DNA of 64,000 bases from a bacterium (lineage in GTDB: Bacteria; Zhuqueibacterota; Zhuqueibacteria; Residuimicrobiales; Krinioviventaceae). The translations under genes and the position numbers were made by a program. A model generated the notes under the pieces. That model was not told the origin of the DNA. It did not search any database and worked only from the letters and a program-made list of their open reading frames with translations. The stretch spans positions 5,150 to 69,149 of the forward strand of contig JAKQIY010000076.1 in NCBI GenBank assembly GCA_029561455.1, in the 5' to 3' direction. Shown here in pieces: positions 36,412 to 46,123 of the stretch (the stretch's first letter is position 1; each line of letters opens with the position of its first letter).

Positions 36412-37358
36412 CGTAATTCTTTATTAGCTTCCATGTCGAACCACATGGCAAACAGAGTGAATTGCGTGGAACTCATGAACGAAAACAAGGCGGCCATAGC
36501 ATTTATTTTGGGAATATCCAGTCCCAGGAGGAACCAGAAATAGAAAATCCTTAGGAATAACAGGAAGGATAACAATCCAAAAAAGAAGCCGCAGGCATAG
36601 AAAAATACCAGAGGATGAAAATCGCGAATGATATACTTTTCTTTCATGCGTTTCAGGAACATTTTAAATAAAATCCAGCTAATGGTAAAAAGGACTTTGC
36701 GAATTTTTATACCGGATTTTTCACCGATATTATAAACAGGCTGGATCTGCACATCCTTAACCCGGAAATTATTAATATTCAAGCGCACCAGCAGATCGTT
36801 GGGCTGGCCGTAGCCTTTGTACATGGCATCCCAGTCGATAACCCTGAGTGCCTTGGCATTTATGGCCGTGTAACCGGACTGGGAATCGGCAATGTTCCAA
36901 TACCCGGAGGCGATTTTGGTAAGTAACGACAAGACTGAATTGCCGAAATACCTGATCTTGGGGATTTTTTTATACGCTTCGCCGGTGAACAGGCGGTTAC
37001 CTTTGGAATAATCCGCTTTATCCTCAACTACCGGATCAAGGATTGCCGGCAAATCCGCCGGAGCCATTTGCCCGTCACCGGCCATTACTACGGCAACATC
37101 TACATTATTGTCCCGCGCCCATTTATAACCGCTGGCAATGGCTGCGCCTACCCCCTGATTTACCTCATGGCGTAACAATAATACATCCGGGCGGCGCTGC
37201 ATATAGTCCGTTACAACCTGTACGGTTTTATCTTTGCTGCAATCATCAATTATGACAATTTTATCCACAAAATCCGGCATGGTATCAATGACCATGCCGA
37301 TTTGGGTCTCTTCGTTGTATGCCGGTACAATGGCGCAAATGGTTTTGTTTTTATACAT
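36408..37358 (-). CDS. GT2 glycosyltransferase, polyprenyl-phosphate-sugar synthase type (DPM1/GtrB-like) with C-terminal TM helices
   Basis: ICAIVPAYNEETQI, IIDDCSKDKT, VMAGDGQMAPADL, and a C-terminal hydrophobic hairpin. Confidence 0.8.
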   Translation of the reverse strand: MYKNKTICAIVPAYNEETQIGMVIDTMPDFVDKIVIIDDCSKDKTVQVVTDYMQRRPDVLLLRHEVNQGVGAAIASGYKWARDNNVDVAVVMAGDGQMAPADLPAILDPVVEDKADYSKGNRLFTGEAYKKIPKIRYFGNSVLSLLTKIASGYWNIADSQSGYTAINAKALRVIDWDAMYKGYGQPNDLLVRLNINNFRVKDVQIQPVYNIGEKSGIKIRKVLFTISWILFKMFLKRMKEKYIIRDFHPLVFFYACGFFFGLLSFLLFLRIFYFWFLLGLDIPKINAMAALFSFMSSTQFTLFAMWFDMEANKELR

Positions 37359-37361
37359 TTA

Positions 37362-39152
37362 TCATCCTGTTATGTTGTGATTATTCGCATCTTTATTGCC
37401 AAACCGGGCAATAATATAACACAAACCCTGCATCGCCAGCAGGATCAGCAAGCCATCTATGGGTATCCGATACCTGGTTTGACTGAAATATAATGAATAT
37501 CCTCCTGCCAAGGCAATAACCGGGATTAAAAATAATAGCAGCATTTTCATTTTTTTGCGCAAAGCCCAAATTCCAACCGGGAACAACAATAATACCGGTG
37601 TAAAAGACAAGATAGAGACCAGTTGCATGATCCGGCCCGGTTGGGTCTCCTCGGAAATGACCCGCGTTATTTTCGGATTCCAGAAATTAATAAATTCCGG
37701 TATAAAATGCTTGAAAATAAATTCATACGGGTAATGGCTCAGCAGGTAAAGTAAATTGACCTTGTTTTCATCGGTAAAGGTTTTCTTGACCGGTACGCTG
37801 TCAAACGGTTTGCCGTCTCTGTACCACCACAGATCCGGTTCGCCCCAGGGATGCAGCCAAATCATATACCCATTTGCGTCTAATGTGGGTTGATCGAGGA
37901 ACACCAGCAATGCAGCGCGGCGGAGTTGTAAAGGCGATACCGGCTGCGGATAGTGGATTTCGAAATAATTAGCATTCACCGGCATCTTGAACACCAGGGA
38001 ATAATTCCAGTATTTGGTAGCGCCGCCCGACCTGATAGCAGCGCCGTTATACTGCACACTATCGGCGCCCGACACAATTTCCAGGGTATCGAGGGAATTC
38101 CAGGTTTTCAAATTTACAAATTCCCCCTGCATACTCACCCGCTGCCTGGCTACAACCTGATGCACATAATTGCTGTCCGGTCCGGCAAAAACAATCCCGA
38201 AATAACTGTTACTATCCGGTAAGGTTATATTCTCATAGGGATGCAGGGTGAAAAAATAATTATCGTCCAGGTAACAATCAAAAATACTTTGCTTTTGTTC
38301 AACATGATAATATACTGAAAACTTGGTCACCGCTACCGAATCCTGCTCCAGGGCGCGGTTGCGGGCAATGTTCCAGAACGTTTCGCCATATATTTGCCCC
38401 TGCGGCAGACAGGCGCGGGCAAATTTGGCTTTATGAAAGACCAGGTAATTGCGCACCGTCCAGGGAGTAAAGACCAACAGCAAGGTAACTCCCAGCACTA
38501 AACACATGCCAATTCTTTTCCAAATGCCGGCATTGGTCATCAATAATATCCATAAACCAAACAATGGTATGGCAAACATATAAATAGGCTGGGCCAATAC
38601 GCCGAGCCCCAGAAATACACCGGCAAAGACCATCCAGCCCCAGTGTGGATTTTTAAAAAAGCGTAAAAATCCCAATACCGATAACAGGATAAAAAAACTG
38701 AAAAGCTGGGTGATATATAATAAACCCGGCAGGTAGACAAAGAATGGGTAAAATCCGGCATAGACCAAAGTCAGACGCGCAGCCGTCGGTGTGACCAGGC
38801 TTTTGCTCATTTGATATAAAACCAGCAAGGCCAACAGGCTGACCAACACTTCAGCAATCCGCGCCGCCAGCAGAGAATGACCGGCCACAAAATAAACACC
38901 GGCCAGGAACAAGGGGTATAGTGGTTCCAGACAATAATTTTTATACAAGTTGCTGAAATACACACTGGGGCCAAATCCTTCGCCGGCGACAATATGCTGC
39001 GCCGCTTTATCGTAATGCACGGTATCGTAGAAATACCAGCGATCTTCCAGCGTCAGAATATAACCCAGGCGCACTGCCAGCACCAGGACAAAAACAATTA
39101 TCAGAAATTTTCGTTCAGAACAATTTAAAAATCCAGTCAGCAGCTTTTTCAT
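37362..39152 (-). CDS. GT-C-fold (ArnT/PMT_2-like) glycosyltransferase with a ~260-aa extracytoplasmic insert
   Basis: TM1 is followed by LEDRWYFYDTVHYDKAAQHIVAGEGF. Multiple TM helices follow, then a soluble insert (residues ~245-505), then further TM helices ending QTRYRIPIDG. Confidence 0.7.
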   Translation of the reverse strand: MKKLLTGFLNCSERKFLIIVFVLVLAVRLGYILTLEDRWYFYDTVHYDKAAQHIVAGEGFGPSVYFSNLYKNYCLEPLYPLFLAGVYFVAGHSLLAARIAEVLVSLLALLVLYQMSKSLVTPTAARLTLVYAGFYPFFVYLPGLLYITQLFSFFILLSVLGFLRFFKNPHWGWMVFAGVFLGLGVLAQPIYMFAIPLFGLWILLMTNAGIWKRIGMCLVLGVTLLLVFTPWTVRNYLVFHKAKFARACLPQGQIYGETFWNIARNRALEQDSVAVTKFSVYYHVEQKQSIFDCYLDDNYFFTLHPYENITLPDSNSYFGIVFAGPDSNYVHQVVARQRVSMQGEFVNLKTWNSLDTLEIVSGADSVQYNGAAIRSGGATKYWNYSLVFKMPVNANYFEIHYPQPVSPLQLRRAALLVFLDQPTLDANGYMIWLHPWGEPDLWWYRDGKPFDSVPVKKTFTDENKVNLLYLLSHYPYEFIFKHFIPEFINFWNPKITRVISEETQPGRIMQLVSILSFTPVLLLFPVGIWALRKKMKMLLLFLIPVIALAGGYSLYFSQTRYRIPIDGLLILLAMQGLCYIIARFGNKDANNHNITG

Positions 39153-39161
39153 AAATAACGG

Positions 39162-40814
39162 TTACTTTATTTTATAGATCATGATAAATGGTTGAATATT
39201 TTCATCTTCCGGTCGAAAGTCGGCCAACAGGTCGGCATTATTTTCCAGCCAGCGGAATAAATTCTCGCGGTCGGCGGCGATCTCCGGGTAGCGTTTTTTG
39301 GTGTATTTCCAGGAAAAGAAATGCCTGGTAAAACCATCGGCGATATAGTAATAAACACTATCCTGACGCAGGGAGTTCACCAGAGAATCAGCCACATGCG
39401 TCACCTTGTCATTTAAATTGGTTTCAACAATCCGATAATCACCGGGTTTTAAACTGTCCGGATTAAATAACCCCGGCAAGTACGGCGGAAACGATTCGAC
39501 AGCAACTTTTGAACCGGTCGGTAAATTTTGTTCCACCCAATGCAGCGCCAGGGTGCGCGGATCAGGATCGTTCAAGCGGTTCATATAGCGCAGAGAACCA
39601 CCCGAACCGGCAATCACAAAGCCCAAAACAATACCGGCAATGGCGGCTGTTTGCGCCGGTTGTTTTTTAAATAGTTTTTCACAAAACCAGATAATGGCCA
39701 ATGCCGCAGCCGCTGAAAAAAAAGGCATTAACGGCAATATATGGCGCATGGCTTTGTACGACATGTCTTCAAAAAAGAAATAGGTCGGAAGAGTGAACAA
39801 TAAAATCGCAAGATCTTCTTTACGATGTCGGATCACCATCAATACCAGTCCAATAATTATAAACGCCATCAGTACATAACCAAGCGTTGCCGGGATTGAA
39901 TTGGGATAAAAAACACCAAAACCCGGGGACTGATCACCGGTCCAGTACGATAAAAAACCGCCGCCGCTGCCGATTTTACCAACTTTTTCAAAACTCTGTA
40001 CCCGCAAAAAGCCATTAATGGTTGTCCTGAAATTCAGTAAAAATAACGGACAAAAAAGCAGGAATGTCACTATAGCAGTCACTTTGGCAATGAGCAGATT
40101 TTTATTGACCACATGCCTGATGCCGGGACCGGATTTGATAATCATATAAAGATGCACAAAAGCAAACGGCAGGACGATCAGAAAAGCGCTGTATTTTGTC
40201 GCCACGGCGGCAGCTATAAAAAAACCAGCCAGAAAATAATTTTTTTTGCCGGGGCGCTGCATGATACGGATAGTAAAGTAAAAAGCTAAAAGCACACAAA
40301 AGGTAACCGGTACATCCACTGTACTGAAATGGGAATTGCGGACATGAACAAAATTAACGGCTAACAAGAGTGCACCGATCAGGGCGGTTTTATTGTCGTA
40401 CAACTCGCGTAATATCCGATATAACATATAAACAGATATAATTCCCAAACAGGCGACAAAGTACCTGCCGAGCAGCACAAACATAAAGGAATTTTGTTCA
40501 TAAAAAATCCGCGCATACTCCAGGGATTCAAAGCGTCCCGTTAGCAAAGCAACCAGGATGTATCCCGCCATGAGCGCCGTCAGGATGAGGGTATAAAAAA
40601 TCGGGTATACGCCAAAAGCGAAAAAAACCTCTTTATCCATAAAGCGGCTGTCCAGTAACTGACCGGCCTGGGTAACCAGTTTTACCTCATCGGGATGATA
40701 TTTGAACGGTTCGCCAAAATGAATACCATAAAATCGCAGCACCGCTGCCAGGATCAGAATAAAAAACAGCAGCGTTGTTTGATTATTTAATCTATTTAAA
40801 ATTGATCTAATCAT
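39162..40814 (-). CDS. GT-C-fold (GT39/ArnT-like) glycosyltransferase
   Basis: LRFYGIHFGEPFKYHPDEVKLV is a first-loop DE motif. About 11 TM helices and a soluble C-terminal domain. 1-nt start/stop overlap with the upstream GT2. Confidence 0.75.
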   Translation of the reverse strand: MIRSILNRLNNQTTLLFFILILAAVLRFYGIHFGEPFKYHPDEVKLVTQAGQLLDSRFMDKEVFFAFGVYPIFYTLILTALMAGYILVALLTGRFESLEYARIFYEQNSFMFVLLGRYFVACLGIISVYMLYRILRELYDNKTALIGALLLAVNFVHVRNSHFSTVDVPVTFCVLLAFYFTIRIMQRPGKKNYFLAGFFIAAAVATKYSAFLIVLPFAFVHLYMIIKSGPGIRHVVNKNLLIAKVTAIVTFLLFCPLFLLNFRTTINGFLRVQSFEKVGKIGSGGGFLSYWTGDQSPGFGVFYPNSIPATLGYVLMAFIIIGLVLMVIRHRKEDLAILLFTLPTYFFFEDMSYKAMRHILPLMPFFSAAAALAIIWFCEKLFKKQPAQTAAIAGIVLGFVIAGSGGSLRYMNRLNDPDPRTLALHWVEQNLPTGSKVAVESFPPYLPGLFNPDSLKPGDYRIVETNLNDKVTHVADSLVNSLRQDSVYYYIADGFTRHFFSWKYTKKRYPEIAADRENLFRWLENNADLLADFRPEDENIQPFIMIYKIK

Positions 40815-41575
40815 CAGGCGCCTGCCTTGCTTATATTACGCCGTATCTGCGCGACGCGCAGCAATGTGACCATAATTGCCAGAAAACTTTTAAATGGATA
40901 TAAAAGCGAAGCCAACGATGAATGCATAGAGGTGCCAAAGATCCGCTGTTTAACGGTTACTTGTACTTCTTTAATTTCAAAGCCCATCAGCGAGAGCAGC
41001 AATAATACCTGGGTATCCGGGAAATCATGGGGGTATTCGTCTGCCAGCAGGTTAAAAACGTTTTTATGCAATAATTGCAATCCTGTGGTTACATCCGCAA
41101 TTTTTTTACCGCACAATATATGCAGAACAATACTAAAGAGTTTTATGCCGGTCTTGCGGAAAATGTTGGTTTTGTACTCGCCCGGAGTTAAAAACCGCGA
41201 GCCGAGGATCACCTGGTATTTGCCCTGGTTGAACACCTGCAGCATAGCAGCCAGATCTTCAGGGCGATGCTGGCCATCGGCGTCCATGCTGAAAACGGCA
41301 TCATAGCCGCCAGCGCGCGCATATTTAAAACCGGTTTGCAGTGCGGCCCCGTAACCGAGATTGACCGGCAGACCGGCAACCCGCACGTTATAGCTGCGGG
41401 CAACTTGTTCTGTTTTATCGCGTGAGCCATCATCGATCACCAGCACATCAATCACCCAACCCAATTTTTCCAGGCCGGCTTTTTCCGCTTCCAGCTTGAG
41501 TAGTACACCCGGTAAATTCTTTTCTTCGTTAAATGACGGTATCAATATTAATAATCTTTTTACATCGCCGGCCAT
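40814..41575 (-). CDS. GT2 glycosyltransferase, polyprenyl-phosphate-sugar synthase type (short form)
   Basis: LLILIPSFNEEKNLP, VLVIDDGSRDKT, SMDADGQHRPEDL, and a single C-terminal hydrophobic segment. Confidence 0.8.
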   Translation of the reverse strand: MAGDVKRLLILIPSFNEEKNLPGVLLKLEAEKAGLEKLGWVIDVLVIDDGSRDKTEQVARSYNVRVAGLPVNLGYGAALQTGFKYARAGGYDAVFSMDADGQHRPEDLAAMLQVFNQGKYQVILGSRFLTPGEYKTNIFRKTGIKLFSIVLHILCGKKIADVTTGLQLLHKNVFNLLADEYPHDFPDTQVLLLLSLMGFEIKEVQVTVKQRIFGTSMHSSLASLLYPFKSFLAIMVTLLRVAQIRRNISKAGA

Positions 41576-42684
41576 TATACACTCTTTTTTATATGGGTTA
41601 CGCGGTAAAACAGGTTTTCATAGTCATTGGTTACCTTTTGCCAGCTAAACCGTTCATGCACCCACTCCCGTACAGTTTTACGATACTGTTCTACCAGGTG
41701 TGGGGAATCGCATAATATTTGCATCTGCCGGGCAATGTCCTTGACATTATTTTTGAAATAGTACACGCCCGCGTTGCCCAGCACTTCGCGGTGTTCCGGC
41801 ACATCATTGGCCAGCACACAATTGCCAAAACCCATACCTTCAACCAGCGCCGGATGCGTACCGCCGACTTCAGTGGCCTGCACATAAAAATAGGCATTAC
41901 TTTGCAGTTCACGGTACCCCTGCCCAAACACATAACCGGTGAATATGATACGATTATCGGCAATACTCTTTAAATTTTTAATATAATCCTGGTTATAGGG
42001 AGCATCGCCAACCATGACCAGCTTTTTATCCGTGTTAACCCGTGTAAAAGCCTGCACGATCAAATGCGCATTATTTTCCGGTTCCATCCGGCTGACATAC
42101 AAAATATAGTCGCGCGGTTTCAATCCCAATTTTTCCAGTACTTCCAAAGTACCGACCGGTCCATCCGGCGCGCCATAGGGAATAAATGTCGATGTTTTAC
42201 CAAACTTTTTCAGATAATAATTCTGCACTTCATGGGCATCGGAGACAATGGCGGTCGGTAAAAAAGTAGCCAGGAATTCAGAAATCCTGTAAAAGGCCTG
42301 CCCTGCCTGGTTCCACTTTTTCCGTTTCCATTCGAGACCATCGACGTTCAGCACCGTCGGTTTTCCCCATAAACGCGGCAATAGGGTAAAAGCGGCATTG
42401 GCGCTGTTGCAGATAAAGACAACATCATATTTGATAAAAAAACTATACAACGTACATATCAGGGTATGGATAACCGTATCGAGATACTTGTGCCCGATGG
42501 TGGGTAAAATTTTAATACGAACACCTTTATGATACTTTTGTGTGTAATTGATCATATTGGCTCGTCCGTAAACGGTAACCTGATGGCCCCGGTTCACCAA
42601 CCTGGGGGCCAGTTCTTCGGTAAATGTTTCAAATCCACCATAATTTGCCGGAATTCCCCGGATTCCCATAATCGCTATTTTCAT
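41575..42684 (-). CDS. GT4 glycosyltransferase with DUF1972-type N-terminus
   Basis: MKIAIMGIRGIPANYGGFETFTEELAPRLVNRGHQVTVY is a DUF1972 signature. The C-terminal part reads ATEVGGTHPALVEGMGFGNCVLANDVPEHREVLG. Confidence 0.85.
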   Translation of the reverse strand: MKIAIMGIRGIPANYGGFETFTEELAPRLVNRGHQVTVYGRANMINYTQKYHKGVRIKILPTIGHKYLDTVIHTLICTLYSFFIKYDVVFICNSANAAFTLLPRLWGKPTVLNVDGLEWKRKKWNQAGQAFYRISEFLATFLPTAIVSDAHEVQNYYLKKFGKTSTFIPYGAPDGPVGTLEVLEKLGLKPRDYILYVSRMEPENNAHLIVQAFTRVNTDKKLVMVGDAPYNQDYIKNLKSIADNRIIFTGYVFGQGYRELQSNAYFYVQATEVGGTHPALVEGMGFGNCVLANDVPEHREVLGNAGVYYFKNNVKDIARQMQILCDSPHLVEQYRKTVREWVHERFSWQKVTNDYENLFYRVTHIKKSV

Positions 42685-44180
42685 AACTGCGCCGGCGCCT
42701 CGGATATATTCAAATTAACTTCCGATTTTTTGCTTTTAATACTTTTTAACAGGTTAACAAATTCATCGAGTAATGATTTTTTTAAAATTCGTATTGACAG
42801 ATAATATACTAGTATAGATATTAAAACACCAATCAACAGAACCAACAAATTACCGTTTGATAGCCAACCGGCAAAGACCAGTTTAACAGCCAGCCCAGCA
42901 AAAACCATAAGCACAGAAGCATAGGCGCTTATAGACATGGCGTGTAAAAATTCCACCATTGTGGTATCGATCAACCGGTTGGTTATGTGTTGTATAAGCG
43001 GATAGGTAATAACATAGACAATTGAATACGCGGCGGCGGCGCCGTTCAATCCATAACGCACGCCAAAAATAACGCCGGCAATCAGGGGAATTAAAAAGAG
43101 CATGTTCCAGATAAACCCGATCTGCGGCTTGCCGCACGCCATAAAAACCGACCCGCGGATAGAACCGACCGATTTAAGCATTGCCATTGGCGCCAGCAAG
43201 ATCAGGGGCAAAGACATGGGCAACCATTTTTCACCCAAAAACACTAGAATAAATTCATGGGAAAATACACATAAACCCGCCAGCAATGGAAAGGTTATTA
43301 AAGAGATAAAAGTGATCGAACGCAGGTAACTGTTTTTAAAAGACTGCACATTATCCTGCAGTTCGGAAAAAGCCGGGTAAACCACCTTGCCGACTATAGC
43401 GGTCAGCCGCGTAACCGGAATTTTTACCAGGTTCATCGCCAGGCTATAGTAACCCAACATGACCTTACCCAGCATTTTACCTATTATGGTAATATCCGCA
43501 TTGGCGACCAGGTATAAAGCAATATCGTTACCCAAAACATTAGCGCTGAAACTCAGTAATTCCTTGAATTCCCGCCATGAAAAATGCCGGGTTGGCCGCC
43601 ATTGATGATAAAACCATAACAGGATTACTGTAACCAAATCGCGTAGCAGGGCCATCATCACCAGACTCCAAACCCCGCATTTTAGTAAAGCCATGATAAT
43701 TGCCGCAATGCCGCTAACCGTAACACCGGCCATTTCGATAATGGCCAGCTTTTTAAAAGCCATCTCTTTGGTCAATAGCGCTTTTTGAACAATTCCAAAG
43801 GCGCCAATTAAAAAACCGCCGGACAAGACGATGATGACCGGCCTTATCAACTGTTCATTATAGAACCGGGAAACAGGGAAAGCTGCAACAACTCCAAGCA
43901 CAAACAACAACAGTCCAAAAGCAATACTGCCCCAAAAAACCGATACGATTTGGGAATTGGTAATACTTTTCTTTTGAATGATCGCTGTGCCCAACCCCTG
44001 TTCATTGACCATGCCGAGGGCAATAGTAATAATACCGGCCATAGCCACAATACCGAAATCGGCCTCCGACAGCAGTCGCGCCAGGATGAACATAACAATC
44101 AACAGCATGACCTGCATACTGGTTTTTGCCAGGCCGGTCCAAAAAACTCCGCTAACTGTTTTTTGTCGTAGTGAACTCAT
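42681..44180 (-). CDS. wzx: Wzx-type flippase (Polysacc_synt + Polysacc_synt_C)
   Basis: MSSLRQKTVSGVFWTGLAKTSMQVMLLIVMFILARLLSEADFGIVAMA, with about 14 TM helices. Confidence 0.85.
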   Translation of the reverse strand: MSSLRQKTVSGVFWTGLAKTSMQVMLLIVMFILARLLSEADFGIVAMAGIITIALGMVNEQGLGTAIIQKKSITNSQIVSVFWGSIAFGLLLFVLGVVAAFPVSRFYNEQLIRPVIIVLSGGFLIGAFGIVQKALLTKEMAFKKLAIIEMAGVTVSGIAAIIMALLKCGVWSLVMMALLRDLVTVILLWFYHQWRPTRHFSWREFKELLSFSANVLGNDIALYLVANADITIIGKMLGKVMLGYYSLAMNLVKIPVTRLTAIVGKVVYPAFSELQDNVQSFKNSYLRSITFISLITFPLLAGLCVFSHEFILVFLGEKWLPMSLPLILLAPMAMLKSVGSIRGSVFMACGKPQIGFIWNMLFLIPLIAGVIFGVRYGLNGAAAAYSIVYVITYPLIQHITNRLIDTTMVEFLHAMSISAYASVLMVFAGLAVKLVFAGWLSNGNLLVLLIGVLISILVYYLSIRILKKSLLDEFVNLLKSIKSKKSEVNLNISEAPAQL

Positions 44181-44188
44181 GATCCTGA

Positions 44189-46123
44189 TTATTTTCCCCC
44201 ATAAAATGTGAATAAAGATTGGGGTTCCGTCATTTCCTCGCTCAGCATGTAAATTTTTACCGGCGATTTGGGATCATTAACACGGGCAATATCCAGGTAA
44301 TACTTTTCCATTTGCGCTGTAATGAATGGCCAAAAGCGTTCATATTTTTTTTCGGTAAAACCATCAACAATAATGAACTTTGGCTTGTTCGCCAGGAACT
44401 GCTTTTCAAAATCAGGCCAGGCCTGAATTAAAAATTCAGTCGGATGCGAAACCATTAAAAACGGCTCTAAATTATTCTCCAGGACCCAAATTGTGGCGCC
44501 GCTCATCACCTGGTCGTTCGGCTCACTCTTTTGCCGTAGTATAGAATTGACTTCTTTTATTGTACGCGGCGACCACATACTACTGTATTGCGGACCGATA
44601 AAACGTCCGGAAAAAGCGCCGGTGATGGTAAACGCTACAATAACAATAAACACCCGCGCAAAGGAATCCATGCGAATATCCCGCGAACACATTAACCGGA
44701 ATCCAAGCACCCGAACTACAAAATACAAGGCCAATAAAGTCAGCAAAGTAGATAATAATTCGCCAAACTCCAGTTCTTTAAAAGTATAGAATAGTAAACT
44801 GACAACCAACGCCGATACCAGGTTCAGAATGATCAACGCCCGGATTTCCCATTTACGCGAATAAAAATACAAGCTGGTGCTCGCCAGCATAGCGCCAATT
44901 ACAGCATAAAAGCCAACCCCCGGGTAAAATTGCCAAAAGACTTTTTGAAAAATAAAAAATACATACAACCAGCCAAACGAGAAAGCAAGAAACGATAAGA
45001 AACTGACTTTTAATTTTACATAAATCACTTCAAAATAAACAGAAGCAATAAGTATCAATGGCGGTAATAATTCAATAAAATAGGTTGTATAAAAGCCCCG
45101 CACAATACTCTGCAGAATGTAAGGCAATAATACCAGGGAAAACCACAACAATAACAACAGATAACTGTTTTTATGCTTTGCTAAATTATCCTTGATCCTG
45201 TTATCATTATAACTGCCGAAAACCGAGCGAATACCGACTGCTAAAGCGCCAATGACTATAAACAATGAGAAAAAGAATGAATTTTCCCATTGATCCAGGG
45301 TTATACTGACCGGCTGATTGAGGACACGAATACCGGAACTGACAGCAACCTGCAGTTCCTGGGGCAACATACCCAATAAATGTAAAATATTATACAAGAC
45401 AATATAAAAAGGATTAAGCTGTGACATGACGATTTCTTTAAAACTCATTCTGGTCAAAAACAATGCAAATACAGTTACGCAAATACTAAGATAACCAAGA
45501 AAAAACAACAGCAACTGGGTGAGTGTCTGTTTAATATTTACTTCGCGCCTAATCAACAGGTACAAAGTGATAACCAGAGGCAAATAAAGCGATAACTGGC
45601 GCGAATAATATGCCAGCGCAGCAAATATACCGGCCATAAGCATCCAGCCCAAACGATACAGGGAATTATCGACCGATTTAAGTACAAAGAACATACTGGC
45701 GCACGCCAAAAAAATTGCCAGAGGTTCGGTTTTTACAACTGTCGACCATGCCAGGGTGAGCGGCAATACCAAAAAGATGGCCGCAGCAATGAGTCCGGTT
45801 TTGGAACTAAATAAGCGACGGCCAAGCAGGAATAACATAACACCTGTACCTAAAGTAGCGCACAGGGGCATTAACCGTCCAACTTTATAACTGATACCAA
45901 ATAATTTCAAAAAAACGGCGATCATAAACAGGTAGAACGGCTGCCGGGCTTCATAATCAACAATCGGAACAAGCCCCTCCAACATAAAGCGGGCATCCAG
46001 CAGGTGGGCGCCTTCATCCGGGTTGATCCAGCGCACCTGTAAAACCAATAACCGTAGCGCTAATCCGGCGGCAAGGATCAGGGCTAAATATAAATAATTT
46101 CTATCTTTAAATGTATGCTTCAT
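44189..46123 (-). CDS. GT-C-fold (ArnT/PMT_2-like) glycosyltransferase
   Basis: LRLLVLQVRWINPDEGAHLLDARFMLEG is a first-loop DE motif. At least 12 TM helices and a soluble C-terminal domain. Confidence 0.75.
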   Translation of the reverse strand: MKHTFKDRNYLYLALILAAGLALRLLVLQVRWINPDEGAHLLDARFMLEGLVPIVDYEARQPFYLFMIAVFLKLFGISYKVGRLMPLCATLGTGVMLFLLGRRLFSSKTGLIAAAIFLVLPLTLAWSTVVKTEPLAIFLACASMFFVLKSVDNSLYRLGWMLMAGIFAALAYYSRQLSLYLPLVITLYLLIRREVNIKQTLTQLLLFFLGYLSICVTVFALFLTRMSFKEIVMSQLNPFYIVLYNILHLLGMLPQELQVAVSSGIRVLNQPVSITLDQWENSFFFSLFIVIGALAVGIRSVFGSYNDNRIKDNLAKHKNSYLLLLLWFSLVLLPYILQSIVRGFYTTYFIELLPPLILIASVYFEVIYVKLKVSFLSFLAFSFGWLYVFFIFQKVFWQFYPGVGFYAVIGAMLASTSLYFYSRKWEIRALIILNLVSALVVSLLFYTFKELEFGELLSTLLTLLALYFVVRVLGFRLMCSRDIRMDSFARVFIVIVAFTITGAFSGRFIGPQYSSMWSPRTIKEVNSILRQKSEPNDQVMSGATIWVLENNLEPFLMVSHPTEFLIQAWPDFEKQFLANKPKFIIVDGFTEKKYERFWPFITAQMEKYYLDIARVNDPKSPVKIYMLSEEMTEPQSLFTFYGGK

